64,000 nt of DNA from an uncultured Chloroflexia bacterium (GTDB lineage Bacteria > Chloroflexota > Limnocylindria > Limnocylindrales > CSP1-4), in contig CAWEZH010000002.1 of assembly GCA_963813535.1 (NCBI GenBank), forward strand, positions 576,001 to 640,000, in the 5' to 3' direction. Shown in pieces: positions 47,353 through 56,679 of this stretch; position 1 is the stretch's first letter; every line of letters starts with the position of its first letter. The notes below the pieces were generated by a model that was not told the origin of the DNA, did not search any database, and saw only the letters and a list, made by a program, of their open reading frames with translations. A program made the translations under genes and the position numbers.

Positions 47353-49335
47353 ATGTCGCTGCTTCAACGGATGGAGCGCGCCCAACGAGCGAAAGCGGCG
47401 GAAGCCGCCGCCGCCAACGGTGAAAGCGCTCCGGACCAACTCGAAGAACCATCGCCGCCCGCTCCCGAGACCGCCGCGGTCACGGTCAGCCCCGAGGCGC
47501 CGTCCAACGGTCATGCGCCCGCGCTGGTCGCCATCCCGGTGGGGCCGGCTGTGTCCGGTGGTCTCATGGGCCCCGCCACACCGACCGGGCTCATGCGACC
47601 GGCCCCGACGCCGGCCCGCGAGGAGCTGATCCGCGAGGTCCGCATCCGCCTCCAATCCGAGATCGTCGGCGCGTTCAAGACGTTGCTCGACGCCACGGAG
47701 GACGAGGCCCAGGAACGGATCGCCGCCCTGGTGGATCGCACGATCGCCAAGGGCGCGTATGCCGTGACCCGCGAGGAACACGAGCGGCTCGTCGAGGAGA
47801 TGGTCCACGACGTCACGGGCTTCGGCCCGCTGGAACCGCTCTTGTCCGACCCGTCCATCACCGAGGTGATGGTCAACGGGCCCGATCACATCTACATCGA
47901 GCGGGGCGGCAAGATCGAGCGGATCGACAGCGTCTTCCTCAACGACCAGCACGTCCTGCGCGTCATCGACCGCATCATCACCCCGCTCGGACGCCGGATC
48001 GACGAAAGCAGCCCACGGGTCGACGCCCGACTGCCAGATGGCTCGCGCGTCAATGCCGTCATCGAACCGCTCTCATTGGTCGGACCGGTCATCACGGTCC
48101 GCAAGTTCTCCAAGACGCCGTATACCGTCGACGACCTGATCGGGTTCGGGACCGCCACGCCCGCGATGTTCGACTTCCTCCAGGCGTGCATCGAGGCTCG
48201 ACTCAACGTGTTCGTGTCCGGTGGCACCGGGTCCGGCAAGACCACGACGCTCAACGTCCTGTCGACGTTCATCCCGAACGACGAACGGATCGTCACGATC
48301 GAGGACGCTGCCGAGCTCCAGATGCGCCAGGACCACGTCATCACGCTGGAATCCAGGCCGCCCAACCTCGAGGGCGAGGGCGAGATCACGATCAGGAACC
48401 TGCTGCGCAACGCGATGCACATGCGGCCCGACCGGATCATCGTCGGCGAGTGCCGGGCGGGCGAGGCGCTCGACATGCTCCAGGCGATGACCACCGGTCA
48501 CGATGGATCGCTGTCCACCGGCCACGCCAACAGCCCCAGGGACATGCTGCGGCGGCTCGAGACGATGGTGCTCATGACCGGCTACCAGCTGCCGCTCCGG
48601 GCGATCCGCGAGCAGATGGCCTCCGCCGTGGACATCATCGTCCACACGGCGCGTCTCAAGGACGGCAGCCGCAAGATCGTCAACATCACCGAGGTGTATG
48701 GGATCGAGGACGACGAGATCCTGACCCACGACATCTTCCGGTTCGTGCAGACCGGCTATCACGACGGCCGGATCGAGGGCTCCCTCCAGCCGACGGGTCT
48801 GCGGCCGACCTTCATGGCCCAATTCGCGCGGGCCGGCATCGAGCTTCCTCCTGGGGAGTTCGGGATCCCGCCCGATGACCCGGAGAACCCCGTACGGCCG
48901 CAGAAGAGCCGGTTCGGCGCCCGGATGACGAGCAGCGCCGAGTACGCGGCCGTGCCCGCCGGCGACGGCAAGGCCGTCGTCGCGGGCGGCATGGTCTACG
49001 TCTCGTCGATCGGCCCGGTCGACCCGGAGACGGGTGAGGTCATCTCAGGCACGATCAAGGAGCAGACGCGGCGCTGCATGACGAGCCTCAGCGACCGGCT
49101 CGAAGCCGCGGGGAGCTCGATGGGCAAGGTCGTCTGGGCGAACTGGTCGCTGAGGGACGCGTCGGACTTCGACGAGTTCAATGAGGAGTGGAACCGCTGG
49201 TTCCCCAAGACCCCGCCGCTGGGCCAGCTGACGGTCATGCCGCCCCTCCAGCGGCGAGCCGGCTTCGGCGTCTCGCTCGGAGTGATCGCCACGGTCGACG
49301 ACGTGGTGATCGACGAGGTCGGCAGCGGCTGGTGA
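47353..49335 (+). CDS. CpaF/TadA secretion ATPase fused to a C-terminal Rid (YjgF/YER057c/UK114)-like domain
   Basis: GPLEPLL.DP..TEVMVNG, DARLPDGSRVN, GGTGSGKTT, IEDAAEL, RPDRIIVGE, TGH; then VYVSSIGPVDPETGEVISGTIKEQTRR..LEAAGSSM. Confidence 0.9.
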   Translation: MSLLQRMERAQRAKAAEAAAANGESAPDQLEEPSPPAPETAAVTVSPEAPSNGHAPALVAIPVGPAVSGGLMGPATPTGLMRPAPTPAREELIREVRIRLQSEIVGAFKTLLDATEDEAQERIAALVDRTIAKGAYAVTREEHERLVEEMVHDVTGFGPLEPLLSDPSITEVMVNGPDHIYIERGGKIERIDSVFLNDQHVLRVIDRIITPLGRRIDESSPRVDARLPDGSRVNAVIEPLSLVGPVITVRKFSKTPYTVDDLIGFGTATPAMFDFLQACIEARLNVFVSGGTGSGKTTTLNVLSTFIPNDERIVTIEDAAELQMRQDHVITLESRPPNLEGEGEITIRNLLRNAMHMRPDRIIVGECRAGEALDMLQAMTTGHDGSLSTGHANSPRDMLRRLETMVLMTGYQLPLRAIREQMASAVDIIVHTARLKDGSRKIVNITEVYGIEDDEILTHDIFRFVQTGYHDGRIEGSLQPTGLRPTFMAQFARAGIELPPGEFGIPPDDPENPVRPQKSRFGARMTSSAEYAAVPAGDGKAVVAGGMVYVSSIGPVDPETGEVISGTIKEQTRRCMTSLSDRLEAAGSSMGKVVWANWSLRDASDFDEFNEEWNRWFPKTPPLGQLTVMPPLQRRAGFGVSLGVIATVDDVVIDEVGSGW

Positions 49336-49379
49336 CGTTCCCCGGCTCCAGCCCCGCTCCGGGCTAGGTCGCCACCAAC

Positions 49380-50000
49380 CTAGGAGTCGTCGTCCCCGAC
49401 CAGGGGGACCGGCACGACGTGCTCCGCGAGGAACCAGACCTGCAGCTCGTGGCGGCGCAGCACGTCGCCCATCAACAGGTCGTTGGAGCCCCAGTCCTCC
49501 GACTCCTCCGTCGTCTTGATGCCCGCCCGGACCTTCTCGATGATGATCTCGTGAGCATGCAGGGTCCGGTCGATCATGACCGCGACCTCTTCTCGGCCGT
49601 CGGGGGGTCGAGGGATCGTCGTCAGCTCGGCAGCGTGGCGCGGGTCACCGACCGCGATACCGCCGAGGCTCTGGATCCGCTCTGCCAACAGGTCGACGAG
49701 CTCGCCCTGCTCCTCGTAGTGCTTGTCGAACAGCAGGTGGAGCTGGTAGAAGGTCGGGCCTGACACGAGCCAGTGGTTCTTCTTGTACAGCGCGTAGAGG
49801 ACCATCGAGTCGGCGAGGATCTCGTTGAGCAGGTCGCAGCTCTCGGCGCGCGCCGTGTCCTTGAGCGCGATCGGCAGCGTCCGCAGGGTCCCGAACCGCT
49901 GGAGCTCCGGACCGTGCTCGTCGAGTCGCGGTTGGGCCGACCGGCGACCGGAGCCGTTGCGCGCCGAGGAGCTGGATCGGGTCGATCGGGTCGTGGCCAT
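49380..50000 (-). CDS. dps: Dps family DNA-protecting ferritin-like protein
   Basis: KKNHWLVSGPTFYQLHLLFD, DLLAERI and WFL. Confidence 0.93.
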   Translation of the reverse strand: MATTRSTRSSSSARNGSGRRSAQPRLDEHGPELQRFGTLRTLPIALKDTARAESCDLLNEILADSMVLYALYKKNHWLVSGPTFYQLHLLFDKHYEEQGELVDLLAERIQSLGGIAVGDPRHAAELTTIPRPPDGREEVAVMIDRTLHAHEIIIEKVRAGIKTTEESEDWGSNDLLMGDVLRRHELQVWFLAEHVVPVPLVGDDDS

Positions 50001-50121
50001 CCGGGGACCTCCGAGTGGGAGAGACATCGTTGTCTGGGACAGCGTGCGCCGATGGAGGTCCGTATCCCATCAGCACCCGGGCGATGGCCTTGCGGTGGTC
50101 TTGCGTCGTCGCCCGGGACGA

Positions 50122-50553
50122 TCAGCGAGCGTGCCGATCTCGCGCGCCGGCCAGGCGATCGTGGGCGAGTGCGATCAACGGGACGACGACATCGCGGAAC
50201 GTCCTCTCGCTCGGGTTCAGGATCGAGATCCAGAGCTGCTGACCATAGACGGGGTGGGGGAGGAGTCGGTCGAGCGCCGTGTAGTCAGGCTCGGCGTCGG
50301 TGGCGGCGATGCTCTCGAACGTCTGTCGGTCTACGCCGAGGTTCAACCGGAAGACGTTCGGCCGGCTCAGGTCCGAGGCGTCGTCGTGCGCATCCGTGGT
50401 GACGATCGTCGCGTAGTTGGGCCAGTGCTTCTCGGCGTCGAGCGAGAAGAACCAGGCATCCATCGCCTCGACGACGTCGGTCTCCGGGTAGGTCGCGAGG
50501 ATGTACCCGACGATGGTTTCCGACGTAGGGCCGGAGGGCAGAAGATTCGACAT
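50122..50553 (-). CDS. DUF6194-like protein
   Basis: ATIVT.D, SDLSRPNVFRLNLGV, LPHPVYG..WISILNP. Confidence 0.75.
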   Translation of the reverse strand: MSNLLPSGPTSETIVGYILATYPETDVVEAMDAWFFSLDAEKHWPNYATIVTTDAHDDASDLSRPNVFRLNLGVDRQTFESIAATDAEPDYTALDRLLPHPVYGQQLWISILNPSERTFRDVVVPLIALAHDRLAGARDRHAR

Positions 50554-50636
50554 GTCGCCATCGTGCAGGATGCATGTCAAGTGGTGCCGCGCGCCGGTCC
50601 GGATGGTCGTACGCTGCGCGTGGAGGATCCAGCCTG

Positions 50637-50828
50637 ATGTCGAAGAAGGGCAAGGACGGCAAGAAGGCCAAGGGCTCGGCCCGCAAGAAGGGCAAGGGCA
50701 AGAAGGCGCGGTCGGTGCCGATCGACCCGACGCTGCGGTCGAGATTCACCCTCCCCGGGCTCGTAGCGGTGGCGATCGGCGTCGCGCTCGTCGCGGGCTT
50801 CACGAGCCTCTGGCGCATCCGCCGCTAG
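50637..50828 (+). CDS. Small Lys-rich, C-terminally membrane-anchored protein (63 aa)
   Basis: SD GGAGG; MSKKGKDGKKAKG... plus one TM and an RIRR tail. Confidence 0.7.
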   Translation: MSKKGKDGKKAKGSARKKGKGKKARSVPIDPTLRSRFTLPGLVAVAIGVALVAGFTSLWRIRR

Positions 50829-50862
50829 GGAGGCGTCCGATCGCGCTCGACGGTGAGGGACG

Positions 50863-51846
50863 ATGAAAGCTGCCATCTGCGACCGGTATGGCACGCCCGA
50901 CAACGTGCGGGTCGAGGACGTCGACAAGCCGACGCCGGGGCCCACAGACGTGCTCGTCCGCGTCCATGCCGCCTCGGTCAACCGGGCCGATCTCGACGGG
51001 ATCGAGCCACGACCACAGTTCGTGCGCGCCTTCGTGGGGCTTCGGGCGCCGCGCAACCACCGGATCGGCATCGACGTCGCCGGGGTGGTCGAGTCGGTCG
51101 GGGACGGCGTGACGCGGTTCAAGCCCGGCGATGCGGTCTTCTCCGACCTGTTCACGGCGACCGCCGGATCCTTCGCCGAGTACGTCAACGCCCCTGAGAC
51201 GTCATGGCAGACCATCCCCGCCGGGATGTCGTTCGAGGACGCCTCCACGTTGCCGCACTCGGCTGTCCTGGCGCTGCAGGGGCTGCGGCTCCGCAACGGG
51301 CGGACGCCGAAGCCGGGCGACAAGGTCCTCGTCGTGGGCGCGTCTGGGAACGTCGGCCCGTTCGCGGTCCAGATCGCAAGATCGATGGGCGCCGAGGTGA
51401 CCGGCGTATGCCGCACGGAAAAGGTCGACTTCGTGCGCTCGCTCGGCGCCGATCACGTCATCGACTATCGAACTACCGACTACACGGCGAGCGGCGAGAC
51501 GTATGACTGGATCGTCGATACCGACTCGCACCACTCGGTCTTCCGGGTCCGACGAGCGCTCGCGCCCGGGGGCACCTACCTGACGCTCGGTGGCACCTCG
51601 GGGCCGATCCTGAGTGCGTTGATCTTCGGTTCGATCCTCTCGTTGTTCGGCGGAAAGCGGTCGATGCTCATGTTGTGGTGGAAGCCATTCCACAAGCCCG
51701 ACGTCGACCACCTCAAGAAGCTGATCGCCGACGGCAAGGTGCGGCCGGCGATCGACCGACGTTACCCGCTGGACGAGACCGCCGACGCCTTGCGATGGGT
51801 CGATGACGGCCACTCGAAGGGCAAGGTCGTGATCACGGTTCCGTGA
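50863..51846 (+). CDS. MDR family NAD(P)-dependent oxidoreductase (quinone reductase-like)
   Basis: VHAASVN, GIDVAGVV, GASGNVG, LGADHVIDY and GKVVI. Confidence 0.92.
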   Translation: MKAAICDRYGTPDNVRVEDVDKPTPGPTDVLVRVHAASVNRADLDGIEPRPQFVRAFVGLRAPRNHRIGIDVAGVVESVGDGVTRFKPGDAVFSDLFTATAGSFAEYVNAPETSWQTIPAGMSFEDASTLPHSAVLALQGLRLRNGRTPKPGDKVLVVGASGNVGPFAVQIARSMGAEVTGVCRTEKVDFVRSLGADHVIDYRTTDYTASGETYDWIVDTDSHHSVFRVRRALAPGGTYLTLGGTSGPILSALIFGSILSLFGGKRSMLMLWWKPFHKPDVDHLKKLIADGKVRPAIDRRYPLDETADALRWVDDGHSKGKVVITVP

Positions 51847-53047
51847 CGGGCTGAGGCTCCGAAGCCCGGGTCCATGCCTCGCGGTACAGGGCCCGGGCCG
51901 CGAGGATCTGGCGCACACCGGCGACCTCGGGGTCGAACTGGTCCGAGCGGTACTTCGGGTCGGTGATCGACAGGCCACTGAAGTACAGGCCGACGATCCC
52001 GCCCAGGACGGCGCTGACGATCAACAACTCCTCGGACAGCGTCCGAAGCTCGTCCAGCAGGACGACCGCGATCAGATCGCGCGTCGGGCCGCCGACCCAG
52101 CCCACCTGTACCGACGCGGGGATCGCGATGAGGGCGAACACGACGAGGAAGGCCATCACGACGAAGCCGACAGCGGCGGCCTGCAGCAGCTGCGGGATGA
52201 CCACGAGCAGCGTGACATTGCTCCGCTGGAGCCAGGTGAGACGAGGGGCGGGGACGGCGTCGCTGCCACTCGTCGCGATCAAGGGCTCGGCGGGGGTGTC
52301 GGCGGCATCGGCCAGGACGCCATCGACGTCGGTCCGGCTCTCGATGCGCGCGAGTTCGCGACGAAACGAGATGACGACCAGCAATGACGCCACGAAGAGG
52401 AGCAGGAGGAGGATGAGGCCGAGTTCCATCCAGCTCATGACGTGGGCGGCTTCCCACATCTCGGTCGCGAACAGGAGGAACACGACAAGGATCAGGAGCA
52501 CCGGCAACGTCCGCGCGACCAGCTCGACGATATGCGTCAACTCGAGCCACAGGCGTTCGATCGCCCACGCACCGATCTCGATCAGCCCGAAGCCGATGAT
52601 CACGTAGATCACGCCAACGCCCGTCAATGCGCCGAGGAACGCCCGGATCGCCTCGCCGGCATCAGCGTCGATGACGGCCGCAGGGAGGGCGGGCAGGAGG
52701 GCGATCGCGCCGATGTCGATGTAGTCGAAGGTCGAAGGCCGCAGCCGGGCGGGTCGGCCGCGCAGACGACTGAAGACGACCCAGGCCAGCGCCATCCACG
52801 CGATCGTCACCGCGATGCCGCCAAGGTTCATGCCGAGCGGCCAATCAGGTCGGGTGCCCCAGTCACGGACGGTGCCGACGATCAGCCAGATTGAGATGAG
52901 CGGCGCCGCGCGGGAATCCATCGCCGATTCGGAGCTGTAGCCCTCGATGAGCTGCGGCACGCCGCGCCGGGCGAACCACCGCTCGATGTCACGGCGGAGG
53001 TCCGGGGTGAGCGTCACGGACCCAGGGGCGGGGAGCGCCATGAGCAC
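51833..53047 (-). CDS. Hypothetical multi-pass membrane protein
   Basis: ERWFARRGVP, RTLPVLL, several TM helices. Confidence 0.75.
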   Translation of the reverse strand: MLMALPAPGSVTLTPDLRRDIERWFARRGVPQLIEGYSSESAMDSRAAPLISIWLIVGTVRDWGTRPDWPLGMNLGGIAVTIAWMALAWVVFSRLRGRPARLRPSTFDYIDIGAIALLPALPAAVIDADAGEAIRAFLGALTGVGVIYVIIGFGLIEIGAWAIERLWLELTHIVELVARTLPVLLILVVFLLFATEMWEAAHVMSWMELGLILLLLLFVASLLVVISFRRELARIESRTDVDGVLADAADTPAEPLIATSGSDAVPAPRLTWLQRSNVTLLVVIPQLLQAAAVGFVVMAFLVVFALIAIPASVQVGWVGGPTRDLIAVVLLDELRTLSEELLIVSAVLGGIVGLYFSGLSITDPKYRSDQFDPEVAGVRQILAARALYREAWTRASEPQPVTEP

Positions 53048-53107
53048 GAGCGTACCGGACCTGTGCCATCACGGATCCCCCTTGTCGCCGCGGCGTAGAG
53101 TGCCGGC

Positions 53108-53773
53108 GTGAACGCCGCCGAGTCAGACCTGCGCGTCGTCATCGCCGATGACTCGGCGCTCCTTCGGGAGGGGATCGCGCGGCTGATCGAGGAATCGGGT
53201 GGGACCGTCGTCGCCAAGGTCGCCGATGGCGACGCGTTCGTGGCGGCCGTCATCGAGCATCGACCCGATGTCTCGGTGGTCGATGTACGGATGCCACCCA
53301 CCCAGCGTGACGAAGGCCTGCGTGCCGCCATCGAGGCCCGCCGGCGCGTGCCCGGGACGCCGATCCTGGTGCTCAGCCAGTACGTGGAGCGGCAGTACGC
53401 GACCGAGCTACTCGCCGACCGCGGTGGTGGTGTCGGCTACCTGCTCAAGGACCGAGTCGGCGACATCCCGGAGTTCATGGATGCGCTGCGACGCGTCGCG
53501 CGCGGCGGCACGGCACTCGACTCGGAGGTCGTCGCCCAGCTGATGGTCCGCAACAAGCCCGACGACCCGCTGGCGGCGCTGACGCCGCGCGAGCGGGAGG
53601 TGCTGGCCGCCATGGCCGAAGGTCGTACCAACGTCGGCATCGCGAGGCTTCTCACCATCACCGAAGGCGCGACCGAGAAGCACATCAGCAACATCTTCGG
53701 CAAGCTCGAGCTGCCCCAGACGGAGGGCGATCACCGCCGGGTGCTCGCGGTGCTGACCTACCTGGGCTCCTAG
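53108..53773 (+). CDS. NarL/LuxR-family response regulator
   Basis: ADDSALLREG, DVRMPP, GYLLK and LTPREREVL..MAEG. Confidence 0.95.
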   Translation: MNAAESDLRVVIADDSALLREGIARLIEESGGTVVAKVADGDAFVAAVIEHRPDVSVVDVRMPPTQRDEGLRAAIEARRRVPGTPILVLSQYVERQYATELLADRGGGVGYLLKDRVGDIPEFMDALRRVARGGTALDSEVVAQLMVRNKPDDPLAALTPREREVLAAMAEGRTNVGIARLLTITEGATEKHISNIFGKLELPQTEGDHRRVLAVLTYLGS

Positions 53774-55131
53774 ACAGGTGCCTCGACCGGGGCCGGGAAC
53801 ACGGCCCGCACGAGGGTCGGGCCGCCGCGCGGACTCGACACGGAAAACGCGCCGTCGACACCCGCGACACGGCTCGCCAGACCCGCCAGACCGCCACCAG
53901 GCTCGATGGCGGCGCCGCCGGTCCCGTCGTCCCAGATCTCGACGACCAGCTGCGCTCCCTCGCGACGGCAGCGGACCTCGCAGCGCGCCGCCCCACTGTG
54001 CTTGGCGACATTCGCGAGCGCCTCGGACGCGACGAAGTACGCAGCACGCTCGACAGCGGGAGGCAGACGCTCACCAGGCGCGAGCTCGCTGATCACCGCC
54101 GTCCGGATCCCGCCGAGGCTCGTGATCGACTCGATGGCGGGAACCAGGCCCCGGTCCAATAGGATGGCCGGCGCGATCCCGCGCACCAGCTGGCGGATCT
54201 CGGCCAGTGCCGCCCGCGCCTGCTCCTGGCCCTCGCGGACCAGCTCCTTCGCGCCCTCCGGATCGGTGTCGATGCGCTCGCTCGCAAGCCCCAGGTCGAT
54301 CGAGAGCCTGACCAGGCGCGGCTGCGCACCGTCGTGGAGATCACGCTCGATGCGACGGAGCTCGCTCGCCTCGACGTCGAGCACCGCCGATCGACTCTCC
54401 CGGAGCGTCTCGACCTGGCGCCGGAGCTCGCGGCTCTCCGACGTGCACAGCAGACCGACCACGACCTGCCGGTGCAGCGCGAGCACCAGCTGCGACAGCG
54501 AAGCGGCGACGAACAGCAGGATCACCCCGGCGACCGGCCCGAGCCACGCGAGCTCCACGATCGCGACGGGCACGCTCGGGAGCCGCTCGATCCAGAGGGG
54601 CAGGGTCAGCGATACGAGCGCCAGCGCCCATGCGATACCGACAACGAGGAACTCGATGATCGTGAGCGGGAGGTTCACCGCGACGTAGAGGACGTCGCGC
54701 CAGCGGGCCTCGTCGGCGAACTCCGCACGCAGGATGTCGAGGATGCCGCCTCGAAGCGGCCGATACGGGTGCGGGATGGGTCGGTCGACCTCGCCGACGA
54801 ATACGCGCCAGCGCTCGACCCGGGCGACGAGCCGGGATCCCTCGATGGCGAGCGCGATGAGGACCACCCCGATCCCGGCAAGCAGCACCGTCAGGCCGGT
54901 CGAGACCAGGGCGACGACGGCCGCGAAGGCGAACGTACCGACGAACAGCCCGATGATGATCGCGCCGTTGGCGTACCAGGTGGTCGGGTGGATCGGCGAG
55001 AGCAGGAACGCCCGAAGCGGAGAACGAGCGATCCCCGGTCGAGCGAAGCTCGCTCCACCGGGGATGCGGGCCGAGGCGAGCCCGGCCAGGATCAGCAGCA
55101 GCCCTGTCACCAGGACGACTGCCTCGATCAC
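53770..55131 (-). CDS. Sensor histidine kinase (HisKA_3, membrane sensor domain)
   Basis: RIERDLHDGAQ, EALANVAKHS, DDGTGG and GLAGL. Confidence 0.92.
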   Translation of the reverse strand: MIEAVVLVTGLLLILAGLASARIPGGASFARPGIARSPLRAFLLSPIHPTTWYANGAIIIGLFVGTFAFAAVVALVSTGLTVLLAGIGVVLIALAIEGSRLVARVERWRVFVGEVDRPIPHPYRPLRGGILDILRAEFADEARWRDVLYVAVNLPLTIIEFLVVGIAWALALVSLTLPLWIERLPSVPVAIVELAWLGPVAGVILLFVAASLSQLVLALHRQVVVGLLCTSESRELRRQVETLRESRSAVLDVEASELRRIERDLHDGAQPRLVRLSIDLGLASERIDTDPEGAKELVREGQEQARAALAEIRQLVRGIAPAILLDRGLVPAIESITSLGGIRTAVISELAPGERLPPAVERAAYFVASEALANVAKHSGAARCEVRCRREGAQLVVEIWDDGTGGAAIEPGGGLAGLASRVAGVDGAFSVSSPRGGPTLVRAVFPAPVEAPV

Positions 55132-55592
55132 GTGCCGGTCAAGTCGGTCGACTCCACCGGATCGGTCGTCTCGCGGCGCATCGCGCCGACGACCAGCAGG
55201 GCCCCGATCCCGACGATGAACGCCGGGGCGAGGTAGCGCCACGAGTCCTGCCACGAGGGCAGGAAGGCGTCGAGGAGCGCGAGGCCCCCGAACAGGATCA
55301 ACGCGACCCCGAAGAACGTCGCGAGTCGACCCGTCCCCTCGCCACGAGCGGCGTGACGGTGGCCCTCAGGCAGGGCGGCAAGTTGGGTGGCTTCCATGTC
55401 GGTCAGGGGTTCGATCGGCACGATGATCGCCATGACGAGGTACAGCAGGATGCTGAGACCGCCGGTGACGAAGATCGATACGAACCAGAGCAGCCGGACG
55501 ATGGTCGGGTCAGCGTCGAAGTACTCGGCCATGCCGGCCGAGACTCCGGCAAGACGTCGGTCATGACGGCAACGATAGAGACGGCGATTCAC
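55128..55592 (-). CDS. PspC domain protein
   Basis: RLYR...DRRLAGVSAGMAEYFDADPTIVRL..Y..P; SD GGAGG before GTG 55592. Confidence 0.88.
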   Translation of the reverse strand: MNRRLYRCRHDRRLAGVSAGMAEYFDADPTIVRLLWFVSIFVTGGLSILLYLVMAIIVPIEPLTDMEATQLAALPEGHRHAARGEGTGRLATFFGVALILFGGLALLDAFLPSWQDSWRYLAPAFIVGIGALLVVGAMRRETTDPVESTDLTGT

Positions 55593-55969
55593 CTGCATCC
55601 TCCCATCGGATCGATCTGGACGTTGCCGAAGTCGATGTGGACGTCGGCCTCGTCGCAGTAGTGGTAGCGGTCATAGGCGGCCTCGAGCGCGTCCCACGCC
55701 CCGCGCTCTGTGGCCAGGCGCGGCGCGGTGACCAGGGCCCCGCCGAGGATGAGCCCGGGTAGAGCGGCGGCGAGCAAGCCCGTCGCCAGGCTGGCTTGGG
55801 TCCGGCGCAGCGCGATCCCCAGACCGATGGCGATGACCGCCAGGGGCCAGAGACGCAGGGCGTCGGTCAGCGCGGCCGTCGTGAGCTGCCCAAGGTCGGC
55901 GAGCGCGATCGCGGCGCCGATGGCCAGCAGGAACACGCCCGTGTAGAGGAGCGTGCGGTTGAGCCGCAT
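55589..55969 (-). CDS. LiaF/LiaI-like (DUF5668) membrane protein
   Basis: GVFLLAIG...LRLWPL..IAIG pattern; coupled to the PspC gene. Confidence 0.65.
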   Translation of the reverse strand: MRLNRTLLYTGVFLLAIGAAIALADLGQLTTAALTDALRLWPLAVIAIGLGIALRRTQASLATGLLAAALPGLILGGALVTAPRLATERGAWDALEAAYDRYHYCDEADVHIDFGNVQIDPMGGCR

Positions 55970-56127
55970 CGGGTATCCCTTCCCTCCTGTATCCGAGGCA
56001 CGTTGCCGGTCATCCGTCGATCACGTTCGTGCCTGTCGTCACTGTGCGTGGAGGGGAGTCGTGCGCCCAGCCGGGCACCCGGCGTCTGTCGCAGTAGGGA
56101 TAACCCCCGTCCCCGGCCGGCCGGACC

Positions 56128-56499
56128 TCAGACGTGCTGGTCGACGATGATCGGATTGCCGTCGGGATCGACGATGACGAAGCTGCCGGGCCCGGACCCC
56201 GTCTCATCGACCTCGGCGACGAACTCCACATCCTGGGACTTGAGCCGGCGCTGGAGCTCGCGGACATCGGTGAACGACCCGACGGCGCTGGCGTCCTGAT
56301 CCCAGCCGGGATTGAAGGTCAGGGAGTTCCGTTCGAACATGCCCTGGAAGAGGCCGATGATGTGGTCGCCATTCTTGAGGATCAGCCAGCCCTGCGCGGG
56401 GTCGCCGCCCATCGGTTCGAACCCGAGCCGCTCGTAAAAGCGTCGCGACGCCTCCAGATCCTTGACGGACAGGCTGACGGAGAATGCGCCGAGGTCCAT
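56128..56499 (-). CDS. VOC family protein
   Basis: MDLGAFSVSLSVKDL..S..FY, LFQGMF, TFNPGWD and DPDGNPI. Confidence 0.9.
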   Translation of the reverse strand: MDLGAFSVSLSVKDLEASRRFYERLGFEPMGGDPAQGWLILKNGDHIIGLFQGMFERNSLTFNPGWDQDASAVGSFTDVRELQRRLKSQDVEFVAEVDETGSGPGSFVIVDPDGNPIIVDQHV

Positions 56500-56679
56500 C
56501 GTTCCCTCCATCGGTCGGCGATCGAGCCGCCCAGCCAGTCTATCGAAGGGGCGTCACCAGCTGGACGACGGTGTGCCCACGTTCCGAGTCATGACGTGTG
56601 CACCGGTTGGCGCCGTGTGGGGGTCCCGGTTCACGCTCGCCCCGAGGGGTCCATATGCGACCCGATGGAGGGCCGGAAC

